This document shows, one piece after another, positions 30,621 to 48,942 of a stretch of DNA of 64,000 nucleotides. Below the pieces are notes generated by a model, which was given only the letters and a program-made list of their open reading frames with translations, was not told the DNA's origin and made no database searches. Where the stretch lies: the NCBI RefSeq assembly GCF_009914755.1, contig NC_060933.1, one strand, 5' to 3'. The translations under genes were made by a program, and so were the position numbers. The DNA is from the human T2T-CHM13v2.0 reference genome, Homo sapiens. Position 1 is the first letter of the stretch, and every line of letters starts with the position of its first letter.

Positions 30621-31149
30621 CTTCCTGCATCTTTGAGGCTTGATCCAATGAAAGTCTCCTTCTTTCTCTTTTTGAAGGATGTTATATGGGGAAGCCCTAA
30701 TTGGCATCCCTCCCTTCCATTGGCCAGAGCTGGGTCATGTGTCATCAGCTAGCTGCAAGGGAGCCTGGGAAATTTAGTCCTCAGGTGTGCTCCAGGACTG
30801 GCAGCCCTATTTCTCCACATCCAAATGACCTGGTTCAGTGAATACACAGCGTTGCCACTGACACAGGGCCTTGAACAATGAAAAAGTGGATCTTTGACTG
30901 GTTCATTGATCACAAAAATAAGCTATGATGCTCTCAGCTGGTGGTAGGGGTGAGGGCATAGTGGGCACCTCTCATCACACAGCTACTAAGAAAATGTTTA
31001 TTTTTTAACCTGTCTGTCCATCTCCCCCATTAGACTGTAAATTCCCTGAGGACAGGTCCATAAGTCTCTGCTTGGCAGCTTCCTTAGTCCTTGACAAATA
31101 ATAGATGCCCAATTAGTATTTTCTCAATGAACAAACATTGCCTTCTTGA

Positions 31150-31542
<393 letters not shown>

Positions 31543-31611
31543 GAAGGCCCTCTTTTAAAAAAAGTTTTAATCAGTCTTGTCCTTCTGCTAAGGTTGAGCA
31601 CTGCTGTTTAA

Positions 31612-31921
<310 letters not shown>

Positions 31922-32184
31922 CCATTCACTGTTGATTCATTCACTGATTCTTTGATGACTAGAGGGATGGATCGATTCACTCCTTCAGCGGACATTTGTT
32001 GAGTATCTACTATGTCTGATGCCCTTTCCAAGACAGAAGAGAAGGGGAAGGGACAGTGGCTTGCAATATACCCACAGAGACGGGGTTTTCTAATTGTCTA
32101 ATGAAATCGATAATATTTAATTCTATGAAACCACAGCTTGATGGTCTCACCGTAATATCATACACTGAATTTAATCTATTCTAA

Positions 32185-32685
<501 letters not shown>

Positions 32686-33547
32686 TGAGATAATGAACAT
32701 TTACAAGGCAGGCATGACATACAGCATGCCCCATCATCTCACACTTAGTGACTAGTTAGTTCTGTCCCTGTGTTGGTTAGGGCGGCCTATTAGGGTCACG
32801 GAGAGGGGAAGGGAACCATTGTTTCTTTCGAACTGAGTATATATTTGGCAGTGTGCTTGTTCATGACACAAGATTTTTAAAAACACCCCACCAAGCGCTT
32901 GTATCATCTCCATTTTACGGGGGATTTTAAGAGACCAGGGCTTTGCTGGAATCCCTCATTGGAAGAGCTGCGGTTCCAACCAGTGCTGCCCTATTCCGGA
33001 GCCCATACTCTGAATCACCCTCCACTGCTGCGTGCAGATGCCCACGCTGGGATGCAGTCGCCAGCCCCATTTCGAAAGAGGGAACTGAGGTCCACAGAGC
33101 TCACCTGCTCTTCTTAGACTCACAACGTCAGAAAGTCATAGGGCTGGGGTGTGAACCCCAGTCTCTTATTTCCCAGAACCCAAATGCTAATGGCTCTACT
33201 CTCCTGCATCTGGCTTCCCCAGGGCCTTAAAAATGAGGCTGGACTGACAGGGGGATGGTCCTGAGACCAAGCCTGGAAAGGGAGTCTCTTTGAGCCCTTC
33301 TGTCTTTAAGATTCGGGATGAGGATGCCCGGGGCATGCCCGCCATGCCCACTAGGTTAGTTTTGGGCCAGAGGGAATCAGATTCTGATGAAGCTGAAAAG
33401 GCAGCTGATAAAATGAGTGACAGCAGCCTTTCTTACAGCATCAGAGGGGCCCGGTGATGGGAGGCGATCCTTGTGAACATTTTAGTGGGACTTAAGCAGT
33501 TTTGGAAACTCCATAACTAAATTTGATTGTAAACAAGCATGAGAATA

Positions 33548-34195
<648 letters not shown>

Positions 34196-34269
34196 CTAAA
34201 GACAACCAACACAGAGTTTAGGTACTATTTGATTCCTATGAGGTAGGAATTTCCATCAGCTCCATCTTA

Positions 34270-34812
<543 letters not shown>

Positions 34813-35000
34813 AAATATTAAGTGACTTGATTAAGGCCATACATCTGATTTGTGGAAGAGCCAGAGTCTAGAATTTTGGCCTCCTTGGACTCGCCAGCCA
34901 GCGCTTATCTGGATGCTTCAGGAAAGGCATCAAATTGCAACCAGTAATGAGAAGAGCACCGGAGGTGACACTCCCTGTAGGCATCGGGGCTTTTTCTAGC

Positions 35001-35316
<316 letters not shown>

Positions 35317-35447
35317 TAGCTTGCTTTCTTTGTCTAATGGAGACAGTAAACCTGCTGTACAGAAACACATCGCTGACTACTCTTTGCATTTCATCACCAT
35401 AGGCAAGTTTGGAGATGGATAATTTTTGGAGGGAAAACTATTAGTAA

Positions 35448-35799
<352 letters not shown>

Positions 35800-35849
35800 T
35801 GGTTCTCAGAATTTTTTTGCCTTCTCAGAGGCTGTTTAATTGGTAAGCC

Positions 35850-36500
35850 AACTTTCTGTTTAAAAAGTCTCTTTCTTAAAAACGTGATACATTTTAGATG
35901 CATTTGTGAATATGAATTGTCCTTTGAGTGTTGCTTTGGCTGCATCCTATAAGTTGTAGTATGCAATACTCTCATTTTATTTAATGTCCAAATAGGGTGA
36001 AACATCAAAATAGTATGTAATTTTTTTTGAATCCCCTCTTTATTTCAGGAGTTATTCGGGAGACGGTTTTCAAGTTTCCACCAAGTTAGATTTTTAAAAA
36101 TAAATTTCTGTGTGAGGTTGAGGTGAGAGGATCACTTGAGGCCAAGAGTTTAAGACCAGCCTGGGCAACATAGTGAGAACCTGTCTCTACAAAACATAAA
36201 AACTTAGCCAGGTGTGGTGGTGTGCACCTGTGCCTAGCTACTTAAGAGGCTGAGGTGGGAAGATTGCTTGAGCCTGGGACATTGAGGTGGCAGTGAGCTA
36301 TGATGACACCACTGAACTCCAGCCTGGGCAACAGAGTAAGACCCTATCTCAAAAAAATTAAAAACCATCACCACCACCACCAACAATCAATCTCTAGCTG
36401 TTAATTTAACATTTCCATTTCATTGTGTTGAGAATGTATCTTATTTAGGAACCCATTGAAATCTTCTTTGTGCCCTAATACCATGATAATTAAATGTTCT
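35850..36500 (-). mobile_element. Old L1 (L1M) fragment interrupted by a 5'-truncated forward AluJ-like element (36110-36364)
   Basis: AT-rich antisense L1-like text (tgctttggctgcatcctataag...) with Alu consensus inside. Confidence 0.55.
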
Positions 36501-38296
36501 GTGGGATTATTATTTTCAAGAGTGCAAGTTTTTGACAGCTCTGAATACCTGCAAATACTTGCAATCCAAGGACTCCCCTCTGCTTCCTGGCATCATATAC
36601 AAGGATTTGAACTGAAAATTGGGGGGACATTTGTTTTAAGAGAAAATTCCCCAAGTTCCAGCCCAGCCAGGTGTCTGTTTCTGCTGGTGACTTTGGGCTC
36701 TTCTGAAGAGCTGGGTTTTGTTGGTTGGCTCCTGTGGTGTTGTTATAACAAACATGAATGAGTCCTGCAAACAGGAGGTCCAAATGGAAGAAGCACTTAA
36801 TTAATATTTGACTCCTGCTGGGCATGTTTGGGGGTGGGTAGAGGAGGCTGATTTTTGGTTTTCTGGTTTATTCACTTTTCTGCTTTCCCCTCTGCTAATT
36901 ACTGCATTACGCTCTCCTCTTTATTGATACAATTTGCATTTTAAAAGTGATCTGGGAGATGCGGAAAGACTATTTGGCCACAACGAACTTTTCACAAATC
37001 AAATGATCCTCCCCAGCTTCTTGTACGGGCAGTTTCCTGGTCTGCACAGCCATGGCCTCAGTGCTGCGGCCCCATTAGTAGTTTGGTACACCTGGTTGAG
37101 AGCGCGGCTCTGCCAGTGACTAGTGTGGAATAACAGTCACCAGGGTTTGCTGGGTTCTCACCTGCTGCTAAGCGCTCCCATCTCATCGCCTTCATGGCTC
37201 TGCTGTGGGGGTGGGACTTACACTCCCCCATTTTCCAGGGAAGGAAACCGAGATTTGCACAGGCTAAGCCAGTGCTTCTCAGACCTGGCTGTGCCTCAGA
37301 ATCACAGGAGGGCTTGTTCATGACACAGAGTCTCAGGAGGGAGGGCCAGGTCACACTGACCCATACTTGAGTCTAATCCGCACTTCCCTCTTGTCCTCCC
37401 TGTCACCTAGCACTTCCTGCCTCCCAGGGGCAGCTGGGGGTTCTCTGAGTTCCAGAAAGAGGGAGACATGGGAACAGGTGAGGACGCAGGGGACAGAGCT
37501 GCCTCACGTGCCATGCTGGGGCCCCTCGAGAGTACCCACCTCATTCCCTGCTCTCCCTGAGGTGCCCTGAGACCCGACTGAGCCTCAGCCAGCCTCTTGT
37601 CTCCTCTCTCAACATCCAGGGTGGCGAGACTCCAGCCTCCCTCTCTCCGTCCCTCCCCAAGCCCTGCCTGTGCCATGCCCTGAGGAAGACTCTGGAGGAG
37701 TGCATGGTCTTATGGGGGAGACAGTGTCTCGGGTGAGCTGCCTCTACAGTCAGCCTTTCCCCACACTCAGAGGAGAGCACCCAGGAGCCAACTCTCAGCC
37801 CTCCTGTGGGTTCTTTGTGCCTAGAATACAATCCCCTCTCTGTTCCCAACCCTTCAAACTCTCCCCTTCCAAAGCTGCTTCCTCCAGGAAGCCTTCCTTG
37901 ATCTCCCCGTTAGAACCATCCACTGTTCTTTGTCCCTGTGACTGTGAACATCTCTGCTTAGCAAACATGTCATGGATCCAGGTTCACACTGGTGTCTGTT
38001 AATCCTGCTATCCTCCCCACTCAGTGGCCAGCTCCTCCTGGTAGGTGAAATCAGTGGTGGGGGCACCCACTTTGGAGGCAGAAGGACCCAGGGTCTGGAT
38101 CTGGGACTGCCTCGGGCATTTTTCCCTGGGGAAAAATCATTCTCTTCTTGTAGGTCTCCCCTTACCTACCCCCGACCTGACTTAGGGTAGCAGCTAACTG
38201 CCGCTTTATCCCTTCAGCTCTCCCGTCCTGGTGCTGCCACATGCCCACCCTGGAAATTCAATGGAGTTATTTAACCCCTGAGCCTCAGTTTCCTCA

Positions 38297-38649
<353 letters not shown>

Positions 38650-39937
38650 TCAGAGAGACAGCGCATGGCGCTTGGCACGAGGCACCCGTCAGTGCCAGCC
38701 CTCCTCCGATAGTGACCAGTCCCCAGATTTATCAACCCCCCACCCCATGGCATTTGGATTTGAAGGTGAGAGGAGCCCTCCTTCCCGTACCCGAAAGAAG
38801 AGGAGGAAGAATCATGGGGTTGCTGCCCCTGAATCTGGCTGCTTCCCTAAAAGACCGTCCACAAAGACCACCAAGTCCCACACACTAACTTCTCAGGGAA
38901 ACTGAGGCCCAGAGAGGGGGGGCACTTGCTCAGGGTCACACGGTGTGGCCCTGGAGGAATCCAGGCTCTGTAGGTCTGATAGAATCATGCTGGCACTCTC
39001 CCCTTTGGGGCTGAGTTTGCAGTTCAGGTCTGGAGACTCCGGGCCGCAGGGCACCTCAGGGGTCTGTTCTGCCGCATCGAGCCCTTCACTCCTGCATTCA
39101 AGCATGTTTCTTAAGTGGCCGCTCTGTGCTGGCCCCTCTGCTGACGGTGAGGGTCTCCGACGTGGCCTGGTGATGAGTTGGGATTTGTGGTTAGCTGCGA
39201 CTCACAGAAACCCAACAATGATGACTTGAGCGGGAAGCACACGGTGCTGTGGGAGGCAGTCAGGCCTGGGCAGCCTCTGGAGACGCCCTTCTGGCCACCT
39301 AGCACGTGGCTTTCCTCTTTGTGGCAGAAAACGGCTGCTTCACCTCCAGCTCTCAGGACAGCATTCCAGGCAGGAAAATTGGGGTGGTGATTGGGAAAGG
39401 GTGAAGGGCAAAGTACAAAAGGCCCCTGCCAGGTGAATTCCTCTTTTTTTCAGAAAAACAATTGATTTCCTGGTCATTCTTAGCAGGAGACTCCTAATTT
39501 CATCTCATTGCTAGAATTAGGTAAAGCAGCCCAGCTAGCTGCAAAGGAGTCTGGGAAGTGAGTATTTGTATCTGGGCATATTTGCCCACTTGAACAAAAC
39601 AGGGTTCTGTTAGGAAGGTAGCTGGGGACAAAATGGACACCGAACTGTCCAGCAGCGTTCTTACTCAGCGAACAGGGTTTCTGCCCTCAAGGCGCACCCA
39701 CATCTGCTTGGCCACATACATTTGGACCTTTTTGCTGGAGCACGAAGTAGGATGTTGCTGGCATGTGCCCTGGAGGGATGCCCAGCAGTCTCCTACCATC
39801 TCCAGAGGGAGTGTCCTGTGCCCAGCACAGTGCCTGGTGCGTGGTAGGGGTCCAATCAATATTTGCTGTGACTCAAGGGAGGAGTTTCTAGATAGTAGTG
39901 TTTCTGGTGCATTTTCCATGACCCAGACCAGCTTTAA

Positions 39938-40267
<330 letters not shown>

Positions 40268-40348
40268 TTTCTCTTTCCTTCCTCTCTCCCTCCCTCTGTC
40301 TGTCCGTCCCTCCCTTCCTTCCTTCCGTCCTTCCTTCCTTCTTTCCTT

Positions 40349-40637
40349 TCTTTTGAGACAGAGTCTCACTCTGTCGCCCAGGCTGGAGGGCAGTGGTGAG
40401 ATCTTGGCTCACTGCAACCTCCGCCTCCCGGGTTCAAGCGATTCTCCTGTCTCAGCCTCCTGAGTGGCTGGGACTATAAGCACATGCCACCACCACGCCC
40501 GGCTAATTTTTGTATTTTTAGTAGAGACGGGGTTTCACCATGTTGGTCAGGCTGATCTCGAACTCCTGACCCTGTGATCCACCCATGTTGGCCTCCCAAA
40601 GTGCTAGGATGACAGGCGTGAGCCACTGCACCCAGCC
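40349..40637 (-). mobile_element. Alu (AluS-like)
   Basis: Reverse Alu after a CT-rich tract. Confidence 0.95.
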
Positions 40638-40638
40638 A

Positions 40639-41258
<620 letters not shown>

Positions 41259-42962
41259 CAGTCCAGCTTTTGTATTGGTTTACATGAGGCTTTTAGTTTG
41301 GATCTTTATTCAATGCCTCTTCTGTTGATGAGATGGTGTGGGGTACAGAGGCAGGGGTGCTAAGACCAGCCCCTCCTGCAGGGAGAAGGCCACGATCCTC
41401 CCTGACTCTTGTGGGGGCTTCCGTAATGCCCAGTACTGAGTCCCCTACCCTGGGACCTGTGCTCTGCCTCTGGAATGGAAGCCACTCTGTAACCCCTAAA
41501 ACCAGAGAAATTGGCAGCTGCTCCCTTGGCTGAGAACATCGCTGACTCCAAGTGCCCCAGTGCTCTCCACTCATCATTTCACAGACGACCCTGAGGGAGG
41601 CAGGGCCAGTGTGGCCTCATTCCACAGACGAGGAAACAGTCTCGGCCACTTGGCCAAGGTCCCAGAGCTTGTAAGGAGCAGATCTGGGATTTGAACCCAG
41701 GTCTGTTCAATGCCAGAGTAACTGCCCTCTGTCCGGGCTGGCTGACACCACCTGTCATTTATTAGGCAGCAAATGGTTATCCCGTCCTCTGGGCTTAGGG
41801 CTTATGGCTGTGTTTGCGGGGTGGGGATGGAGTGGGAGGCGGGAAACATTCCTAGTGGTGGGAAACCAGATGTGGGTGCAGGGAGAGACGCTGGGAGAGG
41901 TGCCAGGTGTCAGGGGCCACGCTGTGACATCTCCTCCTGGTGGAGGGTTCCAGCCCAGGGCAGGGGACGGAAGCTTCGGTGGCCCCTACGCTGAGCCTGG
42001 CATCTCTCGGGTCTCCTAGTGCTTAGAGCTGACACGGGGATCAGTGCTTGGCTGGCGCTTGCCAGAGGCAGTGTTTCTCTCCTTCCTTCTTCCCTTTTTT
42101 TCTGAGACAGTGATCTTGGCTGTGGCGCCGAATCCGCTCTATGGGAAAAACTTGTTTTTGTCGGTAAACTCGAGCGTTATGACTCAGAAGACACCCAGGG
42201 AGCAGCCTCGTGGTGTCAAGGGGCCGCTCTGCTAATGAGCTAATGCTTAGGAAGTGCTTTGAAGACGAAAAATTCCACACGAGGGTTGAGGGTGTGTGCT
42301 GTTATTTGGGGGAGAGGGTGAATAGGAGGATGAAGTGGAGGGAAAGGGGCAAAATCTTGCTAAGGAACAGCCCCCCGAGACCCTCGGGCTGCGCGGCAAG
42401 GCTGGCTTTGCGTGTTGCTGATGCAGGCGTCTGTCTGGGCAGAGGCACCAGCTGCCCCTTTGTTCAGAACAAGGCAGATCTGAACTGGGTGGGACACGCG
42501 GCTTTGATTTAGTTTTTCTTCCGGGGGAGGGGGCGGGCTGGGGTGGGAAGGGATGGGACTTGGGTGACTCCTGTCGTCTAGCCTGAGATCTTCCAGTCTG
42601 GAAGCAGCTGCTGTCATTCATTCATTCAACAAACACATCGACCTGCGCCAGGCATGGGCCATGGAGCAGGAAACGAAGATAGTCCCTGTCCTCTTGAAGT
42701 TTATGGCCTGGAGGGGGAGATGACATCTAACAGATGAAGACGTCAACCACCTTGCAGTTAGAATTGTGAAAGGGTGGCGGCAGAGAGACACCTAAAGTCA
42801 TGGGTGCGGGAACCACAGATGTCCCAGCCCAGGTCTGGGAGTGCCAGGAAGGCTTTCCCAGGAGGAACAGCTCAAAGGAAAGAGTGGGGGTTTCCAGCTC
42901 CCAGGCAGAGAGACAGGACACATCAGCAGAGAGATTGGCATTAATTAATACACTGAATAAAT

Positions 42963-43280
<318 letters not shown>

Positions 43281-43729
43281 TCATCCAGCAAACCTTTATT
43301 GAGTACTTACTATATGCCACACACTGGGGACACAGAGGCACTCAACACAGGCAGCCGGACTCCCTATGGAGCTGCCGTTCTGTGCACCAAGCAGATGAAG
43401 AAGCAGGTAGAGAAAGCAGCAGACAGCAGTAAGGAGTGGTGGGGAAAAGAAACCGACTCATGGGGTAGAGGGGCCTGGGGAGGCTCCTACAGATTGTGCG
43501 GCAGAGAGGGAAGGCGTTTTTCAGGACGTGGGGTTTAAACTGAGACCGCCAGAGTGGTAAGGAAGAGCCAGCAGCCTCTAGCCGGCCCAGCCAGTGCAAA
43601 GGTCCTGAGACAGGAATAAGTTCAGTGTGATCAGAGAACTAAGAGAGGCCAGCGCAGTGGCGGGCACGCAGTGAGCCCCAAGGAGAGTGAGAATGCAAGT
43701 TCTGCAGGGGTTCCTCGTGAAGGGCTGGC

Positions 43730-44160
43730 TGTGTAGCATAAGTATTACGTTCATTGTAAATAAAGAAACTACTAATACAGGGGCTTATACAGACAGAAGA
43801 TTTTGCCTTAGCCAATGATAAGCCTTCGGTGGGTAGTCGGGTTGGTGTAGTAACTTACAGATGGCACGGCCACCCCTGCTCTATCTTCCCTTTCACTGTC
43901 TTCAGTGTGGAGGCTGTGTCCTCACAGTTGCTGCCTCATGGTCACAAGATGGCTGCGGCACCTCCGGGCCTCACATCCATGTTCCAGGCAAGAGGAAGGA
44001 GAAGGAGCAAAAGGCCGAAGAGCAAAGAGTGAGAGGGCCTTTTCCTTGCCAGCTCCATCTCTTTATTCAGAAAGGGAATTGCTCCTCAGGGACTTTTGTT
44101 CTAACTTACTGGCTAGATCTGGGTTACATGGCCACCTTGGACAGCAAGGAGGCTTGGAAA
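43730..44160. mobile_element. Old MaLR (MLT1J/K-like) LTR
   Basis: ggtcacaagatggctgc...cacatccatgttccaggca...ctgggttacatggccacc...gcaaggaggcttggaaa. Confidence 0.55.
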
Positions 44161-44167
44161 ATCGAGG

Positions 44168-44478
<311 letters not shown>

Positions 44479-45510
44479 CCCCAGAAAATCAAGTCTTAAA
44501 ATTTTGCTGGTCTCTATAGTAGAAGGAGGAAAGGGAGAAGAGCTTGGGTTGACTTTTGGGGTGCAATCCTAAAGGCCTGCAAAGGCCCGAAGGAGGGAAG
44601 GCCTTGGTGAATTCTGGGGACAGAAAGCCCCAGGGGTCAGGGGCAGGGGTCAGGGTGAAGAGTGCAGACTTCATCTGGAGGACCGCAGGGAGCCATGGTG
44701 CGTTCAGATTTGCTGAAGCTGCTATTTAAACTGAGCACTGGAGACACGTCACCGAGGGAGGCCCATTCCCTGCTCACCTCAGAGACTTGACGGGGGCATC
44801 CTCAGGGCTCCGATGAAGCCCTGATTCCTTGGAGAAAGGCTTGCAGCCCCTCTCCTTCCTGGATTGCACACCTCCAGCCCTGGCAGCCTGTCCCCTGGTT
44901 GGCACCCAGCAGCAGGCCACAGATGGCTTCTGGCTGTCCCATGGCGTCGCATCAGGGCATGCAGCGGATAGTGACTCACACTGGCACCTCTTCTGCTTGG
45001 AAAATGCCCTACACATCCATCATCTTTGGTTTTTCTGCTAGAACGATGGCATGAGGTGGGTGTATTTTTCACTGATGGGGAACAGGCAGAGACGCAAGCT
45101 CCCTTGCTTGAATGAGGACTGTGCTCGCCCTGCAGACTCTGGAAGAAGGGCTCCATGCTCAGCCCGCACTGGGCATCTCTGCCTGCCTGCTCAGGGTAGA
45201 AGGGCCACTCTCTTAGGGATGATTCAAGGGTCTTGGAGGCCCTATGCGGTCAATCTTGTTTTCCTGCCACATCAAGGGAGTGTGCAATTTTCGAGGCCCC
45301 GAGCCCTGTGTTTTCACTGAGGGCAGACATAGGGCATTCGCTGTCTTTGCCCGTGGAGCTGTTCCTCACACTAACCATGCAGGGCTGGGTGGGAGACATG
45401 TATGGGGGGTGGGGTGGGGTGGGAGGGGGCCAAGAAGACATGTAAGACCCGGGGCCCTGTCCTTGGGAGTTTAACATCTGGGTGGGCCTCCTTGGACCAA
45501 CTTCCTCTGA

Positions 45511-46068
<558 letters not shown>

Positions 46069-46249
46069 TAAACATCCCTGGCCTGTCTCCCTGCCTGGGC
46101 CGTGTGCTCAGCAAAGAACCATGCCTGTCTCTGTCTTTGTCCTTTAAGAGATCAGCACAGGGCCTAGCGCATAGTAGGTGCTCACTAAATACTGTAGCAG
46201 CTGGTATTGTTGGGAAATGATGCTGGGAGAGGCTGCTGCTGGAGAGAAG

Positions 46250-46870
46250 GGAGCCACCGACCGCCCTGCAGGCAGCCAGCGCCCTCAGTCCCTTCCTCCT
46301 CGCGGGCCGCAGAGGCTCCCCTTTCCCCGAGACGATAAGAATGCCCAGACGCCCCAAAACCCAGGCCGCGCCCCTCCGGGTAGAACTACAGTCCCCAGAA
46401 GGCCGCGAGGGGCGGAGCCACCAGCGCCCGCCCCGCCCGGGCCCGCCATGCCGCACAGCATCATGGGAGTTGTAGTTCAGGCCCTGTCCCCCGGGCAGCC
46501 GCTGGCGCGGACGTTCGCGGAGCAGCCCGGCGCCCGCGCGGCTCACGGGGCCCTAGGACCCCTCCCCTGGGGGACCTCCACCCTCCGCAGGCCTTTTGAA
46601 TTAATCCTACTGCGCCGGGGACCCCAGGACAGTTCTGTCGCGTACTCCCGGGACCCTTTAAGGGGCGGGGCTGGGATCCTGCCCCACCCTTGACTCCCCC
46701 ACCCTCCTCTCTCAAACATCACCCCGGGCGCTTTAAAACGCTTGATCTCGCTGGAACCTTTTCGGTCTCCGTTAGCCACACCTTGATTGTCGAGTGTGTG
46801 TCTGGCCCTTTGGGGACAGCGCTTAAAGTCGGGGTGGGCGGGGGAGGGGATCACCGACATTCAGTCTTGA
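46250..46870. promoter_or_regulatory. Orphan CpG island / promoter-like element with inverted ZNF143/THAP11 motifs and GC boxes
   Basis: CpG-rich. ACTACAGTCCCCAGAAGGC at 46385-46403 (+) and ACTACAACTCCCATGATGC at 46476-46458 (-), with GGGGCGGAG and CCCGCCCCGCCC between them. Confidence 0.75.
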
Positions 46871-48444
46871 GTGACACACCAGATGACCCCACCGGAGAGG
46901 AGGAGGGTGGCACAGGGGCCTGACGGACCTGGGGTATGGGCAAGGCTTCCAGGGGCCGGTGACATTCAGACTAGGCCTGGGTTGGCCAGGGCAGGAGCAG
47001 GGAAGGGTGTTCCAGTCAGAGGGAACAGCATGAAGGAGGGCTTCGAGGCTTTAGGGGAAGCAAAAGAAGGCCTGGGAGGCTGGCAGGCAGAGAACGGCTG
47101 GGGAGGGGCCGCTGGGAGGGGTGGAGAGGTGAGTAGGGCCCGTGGGAAGCACCTGGCGAAGAGTGTTTCTGATCCCCAAATCCAGTATGCGTGCCGGGTT
47201 CTCGGGCAGAGTGGCCAGGCGGAACGTGACCAGGGTTCAGTGGCAGAGCCTGGAACCAGCCTGGGGGTCCTGCTTCTCAGGCCCCGGCGTGTCCTTAGGG
47301 GAAGGGGAAGGAGACTTCCCAGGGCAGGGCTGCAGCAAGAGCTGGCACAATGCCATCCTCAGGGGGCACAATGCCCCCTCAAATCCCAGAAGCAAGGGGT
47401 TTGAGGAGGGAGTATGGGATATATGGGGAGGAGCAACATCCCTGCTGCTTGGAGGGGGAAACTGAGACCCTCACAGATTTTTGCTGAGTGAGCTTCTGTG
47501 AGGTCCAAGAAAAATCTTTTCCTCCCCGGCCTCTAGCTGTCAGGAGCCCGCCATGAAAAATAGGGGAGGGTCATTTTCACACCCTCCCCCATTCCAGATG
47601 TGGCAGGAGCAGGAAGGATTTGTGCCAGATGTTGGGGTCTGCGGGCCCAGCAAGTTGCCTGGGGCTCTGCTATTGAAAAGTGAACCTTAACTGGGTTGGC
47701 TGCGCTAGCGGTGATGGCCGTGAGATCCTGGGGGATGTGCTCCGTGGCCCTGGTCATGTCTGAAGGGAGAGGCAGGGAGCCCAGGCCTCACTGTCAGCAG
47801 CACCTGACTTTTGCTTCCACGGTCACCCTGGCAGATCCTTCTCAGCCTGCTTGACTCAGGGCATGACTTCCCTGCCTGGATCCCAGGCTTCCTACCCTGC
47901 CCCTCGGGCCCCTGGACTTCTCCAGAGTGTTCTGGACACGAGTGGTCCAGCAGAAATGAAGCTCCTTACCCCACTGAAAACGTCGGGTGTCTGTGCCCTG
48001 GGTGAGGATGGCACCCAGTGTGGCCTCATCCCCCAGATCAGAGGCCTGGCTCTGCTGGGGTTTGTCTTTGATTAATAAAAAATGGGGAAGCAAATCAATT
48101 AGCCCTTCACAAATGCAACTCAGATGGCAGGAAAAAAAATCTCTCATGATGCTTGGGGACCTCTTCTTCACAAAAAGATGGGAACACACAGAAAGTGTTG
48201 GCCCGAGACCCCCGCCTCCCATCCTGATGGGAACTGCACACGTGCTTGAACAGGGAGAGGACACTGAATATGTACAGATTAAAAACTTAGGGTATGTGGG
48301 GCCATGGGGGTGCGGGGAGGGGTGAGGGGGGCGTTTGTTCTTCAGGAGCCCCTTCTCCACTGGCAGCCCTGGCTCCTGAGGACCAGGCACAGTCTTCACC
48401 TCTCTTCACCTCTTTGATTGAATTTCAGGGTCGATATTCTGGAA

Positions 48445-48942
48445 GCCAAGTGGTTTCTCCAGATGTCTGCTGGCTGTGTTGGAATCTCTGGAACGCTGGC
48501 TAAATGCAGATTCCTGGGCCCTCTTGCTCTGACATCCTGATACGTGGAATCCAAGGTGGGGCCCAGGAGTTTGGATTCTTTTTTTTTTTTTTTTTTGAGA
48601 CGAAGTCTCTCTCTGTCGCTCAGGCTGGAGTGCAGTGGCGTGATCTTTCACTGCCAGTCTGCCTCCCAGGGTCAAGCGATTCTCCTACCTCAGCCTCCAG
48701 AGTAGCTGGGACTACAGGTGCATGCCACCATACCTGGCTACTTTTTTTGTATTTTTAGTAGAGATGGGGTTTTGCCATGTTGGCTGGCCTGGTCTCAAAC
48801 TCCTGACCTCAAGTGATTTGCCCACTTAGGCCTCCCAAAGTGCTGGGATCACAGGCATGAGCCACCATGCTCAGCCAGGAATATGGATTTTTAAGCAGCT
48901 CTTGAGGTAGTGGTGGTGGGCACTGAGTGGAGACCACTGCTC
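48445..48942. mobile_element. MER5-like hAT MITE interrupted by a reverse Alu (48579-48876)
   Basis: aatgcagattcctgggccc...ggggcccaggagt...ttttaagcagctc...gagaccactg. Alu TSD ccaggan(t)ntggatt. Confidence 0.65.

Noticed and set aside
46448-46693. 81-aa ORF with good Kozak context (GCCCGCCATG) in the orphan CpG island
   Set aside because: The ATG lies between the two promoter motifs, probably upstream of any TSS, and the product has no recognisable homology.
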